This document shows, piece after piece, positions 18,821 through 28,640 of a stretch of 61,916 bases of DNA; the stretch's first letter is position 1, and each line of letters starts with the position of its first letter. The stretch comes from a virus (taxonomy: Duplodnaviria > Caudoviricetes): IMG/VR virus record IMGVR_UViG_3300043639_000021, positions 1-61,916 of that record, one strand, 5' to 3'. A model generated the notes under the pieces. The model was not told the origin of the DNA, did not search any database, and saw only the letters and a program-made list of their open reading frames with translations. A program made the translations under genes and the position numbers.

Positions 18821-19064
18821 TCTGTTTCCCGGCCTCCTCCACGATTTGCGTCACAGCTTCCTTCTTGACCGCTTTCGCGTCCCGCTCCCCACGTTCCTTG
18901 GCGTGAGCCGTCATCCAATTGTTAATGTCGGTGCTGAAATTCGACCACCACGACAAGAACACCAGATAGCGCACCGACTCCTGCCACGAGGTGAGCGTGG
19001 GATAGAGCAACAACACCCACACCACCACCGTCAGCGAATAGAAGTACGAGAGTTTGAACCTCAC
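18804..19064 (-). CDS. Small membrane protein
   Basis: Two hydrophobic N-terminal segments and a charged C-terminal tail; overlaps both neighbours. Confidence 0.55.
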   Translation of the reverse strand: MRFKLSYFYSLTVVVWVLLLYPTLTSWQESVRYLVFLSWWSNFSTDINNWMTAHAKERGERDAKAVKKEAVTQIVEEAGKQSGQDR

Positions 19065-19471
19065 TCCTGTTCCCGTGCGGCTCGGAAGGCTTTCTGCTTC
19101 GCTCGGCCTTGGGCCATGCGATAGTCCAGATCCCGCTGCTTCTCCGCCACGATGCCCCCACGGTCCAGCCGTGCCTCGCGCATCCTCCCGGCCTTGGCCT
19201 TGTGCTCCTTGTTCTTCTCGACCACCCGTGCCCGTGCCGCTACATAACGATCCAGTTGCGTGACCGCATAATCACGAAACTGCGCCGGATCCACCCCTGC
19301 ACGCTCCGCGTGAATCGCGGCTTCCGCCACCACATGCTGGCGGGCCTTCAACGGCGTGTGTCCCGCCTCCAACCCCTCAATCACCCCGGCGTCGAACACC
19401 TCGGTGAATCGGCCATTCGGTCCTCGGGGATGCGCGGCCTCATCGAACTTCAGGATGTCGGCATACGTCAT
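19061..19471 (-). CDS. Tagged small basic helical protein
   Basis: Starts MTYADILKFDEAAHPRGPNGRF; coupled to the portal stop. Confidence 0.65.
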   Translation of the reverse strand: MTYADILKFDEAAHPRGPNGRFTEVFDAGVIEGLEAGHTPLKARQHVVAEAAIHAERAGVDPAQFRDYAVTQLDRYVAARARVVEKNKEHKAKAGRMREARLDRGGIVAEKQRDLDYRMAQGRAKQKAFRAAREQE

Positions 19472-21345
19472 CGCAGCACCCCCACCACCGCTGACAGGTC
19501 CGCATCATCAGAGCCGTAGACCAGCATCGCCAGCAAGCTGTTGAACGCTCGGGCATCATCGGGATCCAACGTCTCAATCTCGGCGTTGATCTCGGTGGCC
19601 CGCTCGGGTGTCAACTCCTGCTTGATGGCCAGTTGTGGCAGGAGCCCTTGGTAGACGGCGTAATCCTGCACCAGTGACAGGAGATCGCCTGCGGCCTTCC
19701 GGTACTTGGCCTTGGCCTTCTCCCGTGCCATCGCCTTGGCTTCTTCCTTCGCGCCGATCTCATCTGGGGTTTCGACCTTCGGCTCGGGCTGTTTCTGCGG
19801 AGCCGTCATCGGGGGATGCACCGTGGACGCCGGAAGCTCACCAGACGGGATCTCGTCCATCGTAGGCGTGTTCGGCAGCGGCGTCTCGCCGGGGGCAACG
19901 TTGGGAGCCGGAGCTTCCGACATCTCCAGATTCATCTGGCCCAGCGTGTTCATCTCTTGGAGGAAGCTCTCACGGGTGGCGACAGGCATCGCCAGTTCCA
20001 ACCCCTTCAACTGCGTGGCCACATCCTTCAGGGTGATGGGCTTGGACTTGTAGATGAGGGTCTTGAGCTTCATCTCTTTGAGAATGGTCTTGTTGATCAT
20101 CTCATCGAATTCGGTGCGCTCGGGCAGGAACACCTGTGCCTCGGCCACCATATAGCTCGTTTGTGCGGTGGCGAAGTTGTAGTCAGCGGCGTAGCCAAGG
20201 AAGAGGGGCGGCAGACGGAAGCCGATCCGGACGTGCTCCTTCGTCTGCTCATCGTAGTTGGTGAACATGGCGTCTTGACTCTGAGCAGAGCCGAAGCGTT
20301 CCACCTTCACGTCCACCTTACCCGCCGCATCCAGTGACCCGCTGGAGGACTGCACTTCTACGACCACCGCCCGGTTCTTGTTCTTGTTCAGACCGCTTAG
20401 GTACATCCGCAACTGGTCGGACGTGTCCTTGATCAGCGTGCCTCCCTGAATGAACACGATGGCGGGCGGGAGGCCACCGGCATCGAGGAATTGCAGGTTC
20501 TGTTCTTCCGCCGCACGGGAACCGATCACCGATGGCAACTGGTTGATCCACCGGGGCAGGTAATAGGGCGTCGTAATATCAGGGTTGATGCCCAGCATCA
20601 GCAACTCGGAGCCGCGCTTCTCCGCCGGAACTTTCTCGGTGTCCGTCTCCCACTTCCCCGTCTCCCGATGAATCTCACGGGTGGTCCCAAACTCCCGGTA
20701 GTAGACTTGGGTTTTCAGGCCCACCGACTGCGCGAACCGTCGCTCCCGATCCCACAGGACCAGTTCGACTTCTTTGCCGTTCCGGGTGATCTTCTTCTTG
20801 ACCTGAATGGGGGCATCGAGCTTCACCAGCCGGATGTGGGAGGTTTCCACACTTCGAAGTCCGACGATATCGCCTCCGATATTCCGGAGCACCTCCATAA
20901 AGCCGTAGCCCACGGACTCCATCTGCCGCCGCAGCTTGCGACGAATGCCGGTCATCGACGTATTGGGGTAGGGCTCATCAAAGAACCCGGTGGCGATCTT
21001 CTCTTCCTCCTTGTCGATATCCTTGCCTTCCTCAACGGGCACCAACTCGTAGCCCGTGCCGTCGATGTTGACTTCCATCGCCTCGATGCACTGGTTCAGG
21101 ACGTTGTTGGTTTGGACAAGGTTCAGGAGGACGTTCGGTTCGAAGGGCGGCATCAGGTAGAGGTTATCCTGCTGCCCCGCCGTGTAATAGAGGTTGGCAA
21201 ACTCGTCCTCTAGTTCGACGGTCGTCTGCGCCATCACCAGCCACGTCTCGTTCTTGATCACCTTCTGGATGAAGTGGATCTTGGACTCGGGACTCTTGAC
21301 TGGCTTTGAGGGAACGACTCCCTCTGTGAGCTTCAGCATTGCCAA
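19468..21345 (-). CDS. Portal protein (PBSX XkdE-like)
   Basis: CIEAMEVNIDGTGY, GYGFMEVLRN, YYLPRW, FLDAGGLPPAIVFIQGG and FRLPPLFLGYAADYNFATA are portal-typical segments; first gene of the head operon. Confidence 0.9.
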   Translation of the reverse strand: MAMLKLTEGVVPSKPVKSPESKIHFIQKVIKNETWLVMAQTTVELEDEFANLYYTAGQQDNLYLMPPFEPNVLLNLVQTNNVLNQCIEAMEVNIDGTGYELVPVEEGKDIDKEEEKIATGFFDEPYPNTSMTGIRRKLRRQMESVGYGFMEVLRNIGGDIVGLRSVETSHIRLVKLDAPIQVKKKITRNGKEVELVLWDRERRFAQSVGLKTQVYYREFGTTREIHRETGKWETDTEKVPAEKRGSELLMLGINPDITTPYYLPRWINQLPSVIGSRAAEEQNLQFLDAGGLPPAIVFIQGGTLIKDTSDQLRMYLSGLNKNKNRAVVVEVQSSSGSLDAAGKVDVKVERFGSAQSQDAMFTNYDEQTKEHVRIGFRLPPLFLGYAADYNFATAQTSYMVAEAQVFLPERTEFDEMINKTILKEMKLKTLIYKSKPITLKDVATQLKGLELAMPVATRESFLQEMNTLGQMNLEMSEAPAPNVAPGETPLPNTPTMDEIPSGELPASTVHPPMTAPQKQPEPKVETPDEIGAKEEAKAMAREKAKAKYRKAAGDLLSLVQDYAVYQGLLPQLAIKQELTPERATEINAEIETLDPDDARAFNSLLAMLVYGSDDADLSAVVGVLR

Positions 21346-21386
21346 ATCCTTAACAAAGCGGAGTGTCGAGGGTTTAGATGCTGATC

Positions 21387-21415
21387 AGTCTACTGGCGTC
21401 TGCACTCAATTGCAA
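21387..21415 (-). promoter_or_regulatory. Putative head-operon promoter overlapped by the 14-bp palindrome
   Basis: TTGCAA-17 bp-TAGACT upstream of portal; TGCACTCAATTGCA (21401-21414) covers the -35 and spacer. Confidence 0.65.
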
Positions 21416-21468
21416 GACGGATTATTCGGGAGACAGGACGTCACATCCTGCCTCCCTTTCTACCGCCC

Positions 21469-23040
21469 TTACGGCTTCGGTGGCTTATCGGGCTTCGGTG
21501 GCTTATCGGGCTTCGGTGGCTTTCCCCCGCCTCCCTCTGGTGGGGGCTCAGTCGGCGGTGGTTCAGTCGGCGGTGGCTCGATGGGCACCGTGCCCTCCCC
21601 CGCGATCTGGTACACCGACAAGTGCGGGAGCCGATTCCCTCCCGAGTCCGTCACGAAGTCGTACGCAGAGAGGAGATACAAACGGCGATCTCGTCCGTCC
21701 ACCCAACTGGTGCCTCCGATGAAGATCACCCCCTGCACGTCATTGGCACGCTTCGGGGGAGAGACTTTGAACAGGGGATCGACATCGCCCCAGTCCTTCA
21801 GTTCATCAGCGGTCGGCACACACTCATGTGGTTGCTTGCTGCCACTCAGAACCGCTGCCAGTTCATCCGGGGAGTAGATGGAGGCACACGGCATGTGGAA
21901 GGCAGAAAACGGGCCTACCGATCCCCAGTCCGGATCGAAGCCGCCCTCGCCCTCCACGGCGTGGCAGCACCCCTTACTCAGTGCTCCTGACCCCGACTGC
22001 TCTCCGTGCAAGCAATTGCCGTAACCTGCGTGGACGTAGCCATTCGGATCATTGGGAGCGTGAAACCCCTCCGGGGTGGCGGTGATCTTGTAAAAGAACA
22101 GGATCCCCTGCTTGTCAGGCAGATCCACCCAGTTACACCCCACTTGGGTGTCGTTCTCCTCGACACCGATGTTCCCCCCATTGGGCGTGCCACCAAACAG
22201 CGGCTGCACCGGCTGGATGCTGTGGCCCAATCGGCAATCGTAGGGTGGATCAGATGTGTCCCACCCGCAGAGTGCGAAGTTGGCGGGCCTCCGCATCTTG
22301 GTATCCGGCCCGTGGTGGATCAGATACTTTGACTTCACGTTGGGGGGATCGGTGGTGTTCGTGGACGGGGGCTTGGTGGTCGGATCGAAATCCTCAAACG
22401 CAATCAGCGACGAACCGAAAGGAGAGCCGAGACTACCGGACCCCTGCTGACCGATAGCGGCATAGGAGTAGCCGGGGCAGTAGGCGTCTCGGAATGCCGT
22501 TGGCAGCTTGACGATTTGACTGCTGATATGCCGATGGCCTCCCACCTCGATACGGAAGGGTCCGTAGCTCGTGAACGCTCCGGTGGCATAGTCCAGATCA
22601 GTGACCCCGTGTTGCGGGTAACCGGTGCCTCCGGTGTAGCCATCCGAGTAGGTCCACCGGAAGCGGAGCTTGCCGTTCGGCAGTTCCTCGACCGGTGCCC
22701 AGCCTCCGGTGATCCAGTTCTCCTGCCGACCACTCCCTGCGATGATGTGCCCATTGAAGAAGTCCCCCACCGTCCGCACGTACTTCATGCGGGGCGCGGT
22801 GGCCATGTCTTTGCCGGGTACGACAGACCGATCAATCTCCCACTCGATGATCGGCCACCCAGAGGGGAACCACTCCGGGGCGTATTGACCGATGTGAAAG
22901 AACGCCACCTTTCCATCCGGCCTCGGCCAGAAACAGCCATTGCCCGTAATGGTCAGATTACCCGTGCCGCCGCCGCTGAGTACCTGCTCCACACGCAGAA
23001 TGCCCAGCGGCTGGATATCGGAGAGTGCCAGTTGGGCCAT
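21469..23040 (-). CDS. Hypothetical Gly/Pro/aromatic-rich protein with Pro-rich repeat tail
   Basis: 523-aa ORF ending PPTEPPPTEPPPEGGGGKPPKPDKPPKPDKPPKP (18-bp tandem repeats at ~21472-21520). Confidence 0.6.
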   Translation of the reverse strand: MAQLALSDIQPLGILRVEQVLSGGGTGNLTITGNGCFWPRPDGKVAFFHIGQYAPEWFPSGWPIIEWEIDRSVVPGKDMATAPRMKYVRTVGDFFNGHIIAGSGRQENWITGGWAPVEELPNGKLRFRWTYSDGYTGGTGYPQHGVTDLDYATGAFTSYGPFRIEVGGHRHISSQIVKLPTAFRDAYCPGYSYAAIGQQGSGSLGSPFGSSLIAFEDFDPTTKPPSTNTTDPPNVKSKYLIHHGPDTKMRRPANFALCGWDTSDPPYDCRLGHSIQPVQPLFGGTPNGGNIGVEENDTQVGCNWVDLPDKQGILFFYKITATPEGFHAPNDPNGYVHAGYGNCLHGEQSGSGALSKGCCHAVEGEGGFDPDWGSVGPFSAFHMPCASIYSPDELAAVLSGSKQPHECVPTADELKDWGDVDPLFKVSPPKRANDVQGVIFIGGTSWVDGRDRRLYLLSAYDFVTDSGGNRLPHLSVYQIAGEGTVPIEPPPTEPPPTEPPPEGGGGKPPKPDKPPKPDKPPKP

Positions 23041-23354
23041 CAGATCACACTCGTTTCACCGGCTCCGGTGCCTGTCCCGGTGCCTTCGGCTGCGGGTTCG
23101 GTGCATACGGATTGGAGGGCAGGTTGTTCGGTGTCGTGGGGGCGGGCTGGGGTGGTGGATTGCGCTGGTCTTCGGGCATAGTCAATTCCTCCAACTGCGG
23201 CCTGTGCCGTCATGGGGTTTGCCCACCGTCGCAAGGCCGCATTCTGCTTGCCAAACAACAACGTTTGCTTCTCCATCACCTGTTTGTGATGGGCCGCTTC
23301 ATCCTGCCGTTGTGCGAGACGTCGCTGTTGGGGTGGTGACAGTTCTCGTGGCAT
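23040..23354 (-). CDS. Hypothetical protein
   Basis: 104-aa ORF coupled to the downstream gene. Confidence 0.45.
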   Translation of the reverse strand: MPRELSPPQQRRLAQRQDEAAHHKQVMEKQTLLFGKQNAALRRWANPMTAQAAVGGIDYARRPAQSTTPARPHDTEQPALQSVCTEPAAEGTGTGTGAGETSVI

Positions 23355-23371
23355 CCCAGTAGTCTACCACC

Positions 23372-24199
23372 TTACTCTTTGTTGTGCTCACCCTCCAAAA
23401 ACTCTGCCAACACCTCACGGAACCAAATCTCGTTCGGCTGTAGATGCGGGATGCCACCATACCGATGCACCTCCGCGATCAACATCTCATCGAACGCCTT
23501 ACGGAGCTTCTTCGTGGCGGCGTCTGTCGTGCGCCGGAGCCGTTCCGCCGTCGCCGCCCGCTCGTCCAGATGACGGTCCTTCTCGATCAGGGCGTCCTCC
23601 GCTTCACAGAGCAACCCAAAAGGCGACTCCATGCCGCCTTCACCCCAGCATGGGCCTCTCCCCTCACGCCATGCCTTGATCCGTGCCATGAGAGAGGGTG
23701 AGGCTGGCACTGTCCCTAGACATTCAGAACGGCAGTCCGGGCGACGAATCACGCAATCGCCTTCACAGGGCGCTGGAGACGCGGCTTCCTTCGCTTTGGC
23801 CTCAACCTCGCGCCACTCCGCATCGAGTAGTGGGCGGGCGATGGTGCCCAGTAGCGTGTAGAGCGACAAGAAGCCGTCGCGGGCTGTCTCGTGGGCCGAA
23901 CGCCGCAATGACTCCGGGGCACTCGTGAAACAGAAGCACTGAGCCGACCAGTTCTCCATCGCCTCGTGATACGCCTTCACGATGATTTCGGCCTCTGCTG
24001 GCGCGGGAGACGCGGTGGAGAGGGCAGTAATGGCATCCGTCAGCGCACTGCGTACTTCAAGCGAGTCGTATTCGTGCCGCCCGATGGATTCAAAACAAGC
24101 TCGAATCCTCTCTAGCCGCTCCACGAGTGCCGCCTGTCCTGACGCCTCCGGGCTGGAGTATTTAGTTGTGTCGTAGATCGTCCTGCTCGTCTCACTCAT
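23372..24199 (-). CDS. Hypothetical helical protein
   Basis: Likely ATG at 24199 after GGAGG; no motif recognised. Confidence 0.5.
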   Translation of the reverse strand: MSETSRTIYDTTKYSSPEASGQAALVERLERIRACFESIGRHEYDSLEVRSALTDAITALSTASPAPAEAEIIVKAYHEAMENWSAQCFCFTSAPESLRRSAHETARDGFLSLYTLLGTIARPLLDAEWREVEAKAKEAASPAPCEGDCVIRRPDCRSECLGTVPASPSLMARIKAWREGRGPCWGEGGMESPFGLLCEAEDALIEKDRHLDERAATAERLRRTTDAATKKLRKAFDEMLIAEVHRYGGIPHLQPNEIWFREVLAEFLEGEHNKE

Positions 24200-24407
24200 G
24201 GACTTCCTCCCACAAACCACCGGGGGGCATAAAGGCCCGGTCCTTCTCCGCTTCAGTGTAGGTCGTGGCGTAGTCCTTCCACGTCCAGCCCACCTGTTGG
24301 GACCAGTAGAGGATGACAGTAGGCCGACGAGCATTGAGGCTCGTGGTCACCTCTGGCCGTGCGCGAATTCTCCACATCAGTCTTTCCCTTCCACACAGAC
24401 CTTGCAC
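24192..24407 (-). CDS. Small hypothetical protein
   Basis: YWSQQVGWTWKDYATTYTEAEK...PPGGLW, typical small phage ORF; start uncertain. Confidence 0.4.
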   Translation of the reverse strand: MQGLCGRERLMWRIRARPEVTTSLNARRPTVILYWSQQVGWTWKDYATTYTEAEKDRAFMPPGGLWEEVHE

Positions 24408-24815
24408 AGCAACAGACTACGGGCATGCTCCGGCTGCTCGATGTAGTGACGGAGACTGATCGAGCCACCATTCTTTCCACCGCAAAAGTTCTGCGTGTTA
24501 TCTGGCGTGCGAATGTGGGTGAGGGTTTGTTCACTCACTACCACCTCCGGGCCGACGCTAGAGCTTCGCGAATACGGGCCTGTTGATCGGGGAACAGATC
24601 CACGGACACGTCCTCCACCACATTGGCGAAATCCCGCAGCCGGTCCTCCAGATCCTCGATGTGACTGGCGGCATCCTCCAGCACCGGGACTTGAAGCGAT
24701 GACAGCCGCTTCCCCTTGGCAATCTCCCGTAGCGCACGGCTCAAGGGTGACGCACGAGGGTAAAGCCGTTTGTTCGGACGGTCATCCACGATATCGAGCG
24801 GATCAGGTTTCGGCA

Positions 24816-25064
24816 TCATGCCTTCGCCAGTTCCACATCGACAGTGGACGCATCGAGATCGGACATCGGATCTCCCAGCACATCCGGGTTGTAGCCGCCG
24901 CCGTCCACCCCATGCGGCTGGAGATTCCCAGCCCAATGCTGAACCGCCGCCGACACGTAGTCGATGGCCATGGCCTCCGTCGCTCCGGGCGGAAGCCTGA
25001 AGGTCACATGCAACGTAATGTATTTCGCTCGTGCCACATCACCCTCCTTGGCAATTGAGTGCAA
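24816..25064 (-). CDS. Small hypothetical protein
   Basis: ORF after the polymerase with GGAGG RBS; palindrome at 25050 lies at its 5' end. Confidence 0.45.
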   Translation of the reverse strand: MHSIAKEGDVARAKYITLHVTFRLPPGATEAMAIDYVSAAVQHWAGNLQPHGVDGGGYNPDVLGDPMSDLDASTVDVELAKA

Positions 25065-25073
25065 TATACCATA

Positions 25074-27434
25074 TCAACGCTTGTACTTCTTAAGTTCGCC
25101 CCAATTAGGTCCAACTTTAGCATCAGCTAAAAAGCGAAGTTGAGGTTGCCAGCCCACCTTGTGAAATGGGAGGTTCTCCATCTGGTCCAGCATCCGGGGC
25201 ACCAGCACATCCACCTGATCCTCGGGCACGTAATTCAAGATGCTGTCATGGCAGGCTCCCCAGCAGGGCGCGGTCTGCGACAGGCCGCTCTTGTGCTCCT
25301 CGGCTATCGTCCACAAGCCCATGTCCGTCAGCGTGCCTTGCACGGGGCTATTGATGGCCTGACGTTCGGCTTTGGAGGACACATCACGGTTGGGCGACGT
25401 GATAAGGGGGAGGTGCCGCTTCCGGCCCAGTGGCGTGCGGACAAACTTGTCCTTGCGGGCCATCCGCTTATACTGCTCATGGTAGACCGGGAGATTAGGG
25501 TAGCGTTCGAAGAAGCTCTCGCGAAACTCGTGCGCCTGATCCCACGTCAACTCGATGCCGTAGTTGCTCCGGGCATAGGCAATGAACCCGTCCTCGTACA
25601 TCCCGAAGACCAATCCGAAGTTCCCGGCCTTCCCAAGCTGCCGTGTCTCCTCAAAGCGGTGGGTGTCCGTCAGTTCCAGCGCCACGAGCGACTCGTAGGT
25701 AAACCCAGCGAACGGAGCCGCCGTCTCAATGTGCAAGTCCCGGCCCGCCTTGTAGGCGGCGATCATGTTCGACTCGTAGGCAATGCACGCGATGACCCGC
25801 AATTCTCCTTGGCTGTAGTCCCGCTCCATGATCACGTAGCCGGGAGGCGCAGGGTAGCACCGTCGTATCCGTGCCGCCCAGAAGGTGTGCTTGGGAACCG
25901 TTTGGAAGGCTGGATCCTTGCACGACAGCCGCCCGGTGCGGGCTCCGCCTTCCCCCTCATCCTTGTTGCCGACGAACAGGTAGTACGTGGGGTGCAGCCG
26001 TCCATCCGACCGAAGGTGCTCCAGAAACCCGACGACATACGTACCGTGGGTCTTTTGCACGCTACTATCCTGCCGGATGAGATCGATGAACGCCTTGGCC
26101 TCCGGCACCGTGGCGAACATCTCCAGATGCTCCAGTGCCGTGCTGGGCCGCTTGATGCCATCCTTATCGGGCTTGGGCGTCCACATCTTGGGCTTCAGGT
26201 TCAGGCCCATCGGGCTGAACATGAAATCACAGAGCAGGCTGGCCTTAGTGAGATTCACTCTCCCCGGTCGAGAGGCATCCCAATGCTTGGCCACGATGCG
26301 GCCACCCATGATCTTGCTGGCCTCTTTCACCAGCCGTACATGTTCGGTTTCGAGATCGGCCTGTAACTCCTTGAAGGCCGGGAGATCGACCACCACGCCC
26401 CCCTGCTCCACCCATTCGAAGGCACGTGCCGCTGGATGCAGGATGTTGACGTAGAATGCGGTGAGCTTTGAGTCTTGCAACAACTCACGTTTCATCGCCG
26501 TGGCGACTTGCAGGCCACCATCCACGTCACCACCCGCGTAGGGCAGAAGCTGGGCTGGAGGCACCTTGTCCATCCGGCTCTTATCCACGGCGGCGTTGAA
26601 GGCATCATCGTAACCCCCCAACGCGGGGGCGTAGATTTTGGTGTGAACGTTCAGGGCGTTACTGCGGTTCTCATCCAGCAGACTGCCGACGATAGTGGTG
26701 TCAAAGGAGAACGTGCTACAGGTGAACCCTCCACGCCGCCAGAGCCAATGCAGATCGAACTTGAAGTTCGCCCCTTTCAGTCGCACGTATGGACACCGAA
26801 GGAGAAACTCAATCTGCTCTCGGAAGGCAGGGGTGCTCAGACGTTCATGCTCGTGCGAACGGTCGGAGAATCGCACCACATCTGCCTGACCGGCGCGACA
26901 GGTGGCCTGCATGGTCACGATGTACGCACCGGGGTGGGTAAGCGTGGGCTCGGCGTAGGGATCCAGCCCCAGCGTCTCCAAATCCTTGCACACGTCCACC
27001 GGCTCTTGGGTCACCGTGTGATCCGCCTCGATGGTAGTGCAGAGCGTGGTGAAGTCAGGAACGTAGTGGTAAACGCCGTAGGTGGGGAGCCATGAACCAC
27101 TCAAGTAATAACGGAGCGCCAGCGTCACGTCCGTCAGGAGATCCACATAGTAGCCGTGGTCTACCTCCCCAATGGACGGGTCATAGCTGATCAAGACCGG
27201 AATCCCGGCCCATTTCACCGGGAGCTTACGGCACGACGTGATGGTGGTGTTCTTAGCGACAATCTTCTCGGCTTGCAGCCTCTTGAGGGCGTCTCCTCCG
27301 AGTGCCAGAATCACCTTGGTGCCTTCGGGCACGGACTGATCGTTGACGACCGTGACGACAACGGAAGCATGCAGCACCGGAGCCAAGATCGCTTTGACCT
27401 TGCCCGGTGCCGCCTTTGTCCAGACGACGACCAT
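25074..27434 (-). CDS. polA: DNA polymerase family A with 3'-5' exonuclease and degenerate UDG-like N-terminal region
   Basis: Exo DLETLG, GANFKFD, YAGGD; RTGRLSCKDPAFQTVP; motif A DYSQGELR; motif B KAGNFGLVFGM; AERQAINSPVQGT; motif C CHDSI. Confidence 0.93.
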   Translation of the reverse strand: MVVVWTKAAPGKVKAILAPVLHASVVVTVVNDQSVPEGTKVILALGGDALKRLQAEKIVAKNTTITSCRKLPVKWAGIPVLISYDPSIGEVDHGYYVDLLTDVTLALRYYLSGSWLPTYGVYHYVPDFTTLCTTIEADHTVTQEPVDVCKDLETLGLDPYAEPTLTHPGAYIVTMQATCRAGQADVVRFSDRSHEHERLSTPAFREQIEFLLRCPYVRLKGANFKFDLHWLWRRGGFTCSTFSFDTTIVGSLLDENRSNALNVHTKIYAPALGGYDDAFNAAVDKSRMDKVPPAQLLPYAGGDVDGGLQVATAMKRELLQDSKLTAFYVNILHPAARAFEWVEQGGVVVDLPAFKELQADLETEHVRLVKEASKIMGGRIVAKHWDASRPGRVNLTKASLLCDFMFSPMGLNLKPKMWTPKPDKDGIKRPSTALEHLEMFATVPEAKAFIDLIRQDSSVQKTHGTYVVGFLEHLRSDGRLHPTYYLFVGNKDEGEGGARTGRLSCKDPAFQTVPKHTFWAARIRRCYPAPPGYVIMERDYSQGELRVIACIAYESNMIAAYKAGRDLHIETAAPFAGFTYESLVALELTDTHRFEETRQLGKAGNFGLVFGMYEDGFIAYARSNYGIELTWDQAHEFRESFFERYPNLPVYHEQYKRMARKDKFVRTPLGRKRHLPLITSPNRDVSSKAERQAINSPVQGTLTDMGLWTIAEEHKSGLSQTAPCWGACHDSILNYVPEDQVDVLVPRMLDQMENLPFHKVGWQPQLRFLADAKVGPNWGELKKYKR

Positions 27435-27842
27435 CTACCCTCCTGTGGCGGCGGTAGCTCCATCATACGCGATCCGGTTCCATTCGGAGCCAGACCATTT
27501 GAAGACCCCCACGATGGCCGGTTTGCACTCGGCAATCCGGGCCTTGGTCGTGATGCCCAGAAACCCACTGGCCTCTCCACAGGCCCGGAGCTTGTCCGCA
27601 TCGAACGCGAGGAGCCAATTCTCCTTGTCCCGCACGATGACATACAGCCGGAGGGTCTTGTTGAGCGTCACCCAGAAACTGGCTTCGGTGCCCGTCACGA
27701 TATCGGAGATCACCTCCACCGGGAGATCCACCTCCCACGGTCCCATCCGAATCTGGTGGACCTCGGAGGCTTTGAGCGTGGACCCCACCCGGTAGAGGGT
27801 GAGGCCCAACGTATCAGCAGCAAAATATCCGAGATCCATCAA
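27435..27842 (-). CDS. Hypothetical protein
   Basis: 135-aa ORF abutting polA. Confidence 0.55.
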   Translation of the reverse strand: MMDLGYFAADTLGLTLYRVGSTLKASEVHQIRMGPWEVDLPVEVISDIVTGTEASFWVTLNKTLRLYVIVRDKENWLLAFDADKLRACGEASGFLGITTKARIAECKPAIVGVFKWSGSEWNRIAYDGATAATGG

Positions 27843-28624
27843 GCACCATCCAACACTTTCTTGAAGGCAGTGATCCGCTGCTTCAGCCGCGAGTTTTCAT
27901 CCACCGTCGCCACGAGAAATTCCCGCATGTCGCGCATGCCTTGGATCAGATTGTCGAACATCTCCACGGAGGCATCGATCTCCTGCGAGGGCACCTCGGG
28001 CCGCTCGACCTTCGGAACCTGCGGCTGTCGCACCACCGGCTCTGTCGGTCGTGGGCCTCCGGCCTTCCGCCGCTGCACGATCACCATCTGTGTGACCGAT
28101 GCCAGCGTGGTGTCGATGCCCAGTTCCTTGGCCTTCACCAGTAGCCGTCTGCCGTTCTCAGCAGAGCCGACCGTCAAGTCGATGAAGGGCAACAGGGCTA
28201 CCAGCTTCCCGCGACTCGGCTTCACCGGCTCAGGCTCCGGTGTGGGCGCTGACACGGGTACCTCCACGGGCTCTGCCACCACCGGCTCCGAGTACGCGTT
28301 AGCGGGCTTGGTCGGCGGCATCCCGAGTAACTCCCGCACCTGTTTGGCGATCATGCCGGTGCCGTTGCTGTTGAAGATGACGATGCGCCGTTTGCGGGCC
28401 TCCGCGATGATCTTGCTGGCCGATTTGTGCCCAAGGAACCGCCCGAGAAACACCGCCTTGGTGTTGGCCGGGAGATCCTTGTCCGTCCAGTGCTCTTTCC
28501 CCTCGCTCCACAAGACCACCCGTGGGTGGGTGCGAACCTGCTCATCGAAGCCGTTCGGGACGCCGATGATGACAATGTGCCCGCTCGACATGGGTTGCAG
28601 CGGTTTGGGTTCACTCACGATCAT
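27839..28624 (-). CDS. Hypothetical protein (small alpha/beta domain, Pro linker, coiled-coil end)
   Basis: 261-aa ORF with overlapping start/stop coupling. Confidence 0.6.
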   Translation of the reverse strand: MIVSEPKPLQPMSSGHIVIIGVPNGFDEQVRTHPRVVLWSEGKEHWTDKDLPANTKAVFLGRFLGHKSASKIIAEARKRRIVIFNSNGTGMIAKQVRELLGMPPTKPANAYSEPVVAEPVEVPVSAPTPEPEPVKPSRGKLVALLPFIDLTVGSAENGRRLLVKAKELGIDTTLASVTQMVIVQRRKAGGPRPTEPVVRQPQVPKVERPEVPSQEIDASVEMFDNLIQGMRDMREFLVATVDENSRLKQRITAFKKVLDGA

Positions 28625-28640
28625 TCCTCCATGAATACTG

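Noticed and set aside
18804-19064. Holin call for the small membrane protein
   Set aside because: Topology is compatible, but there is no adjacent endolysin and it sits within the head cargo array.
2565-19471. Inteins or introns explaining the inserted domains
   Set aside because: No C/S...HN-C/S/T splice junctions or intron-like non-coding gaps were seen; the genes are tightly coupled.
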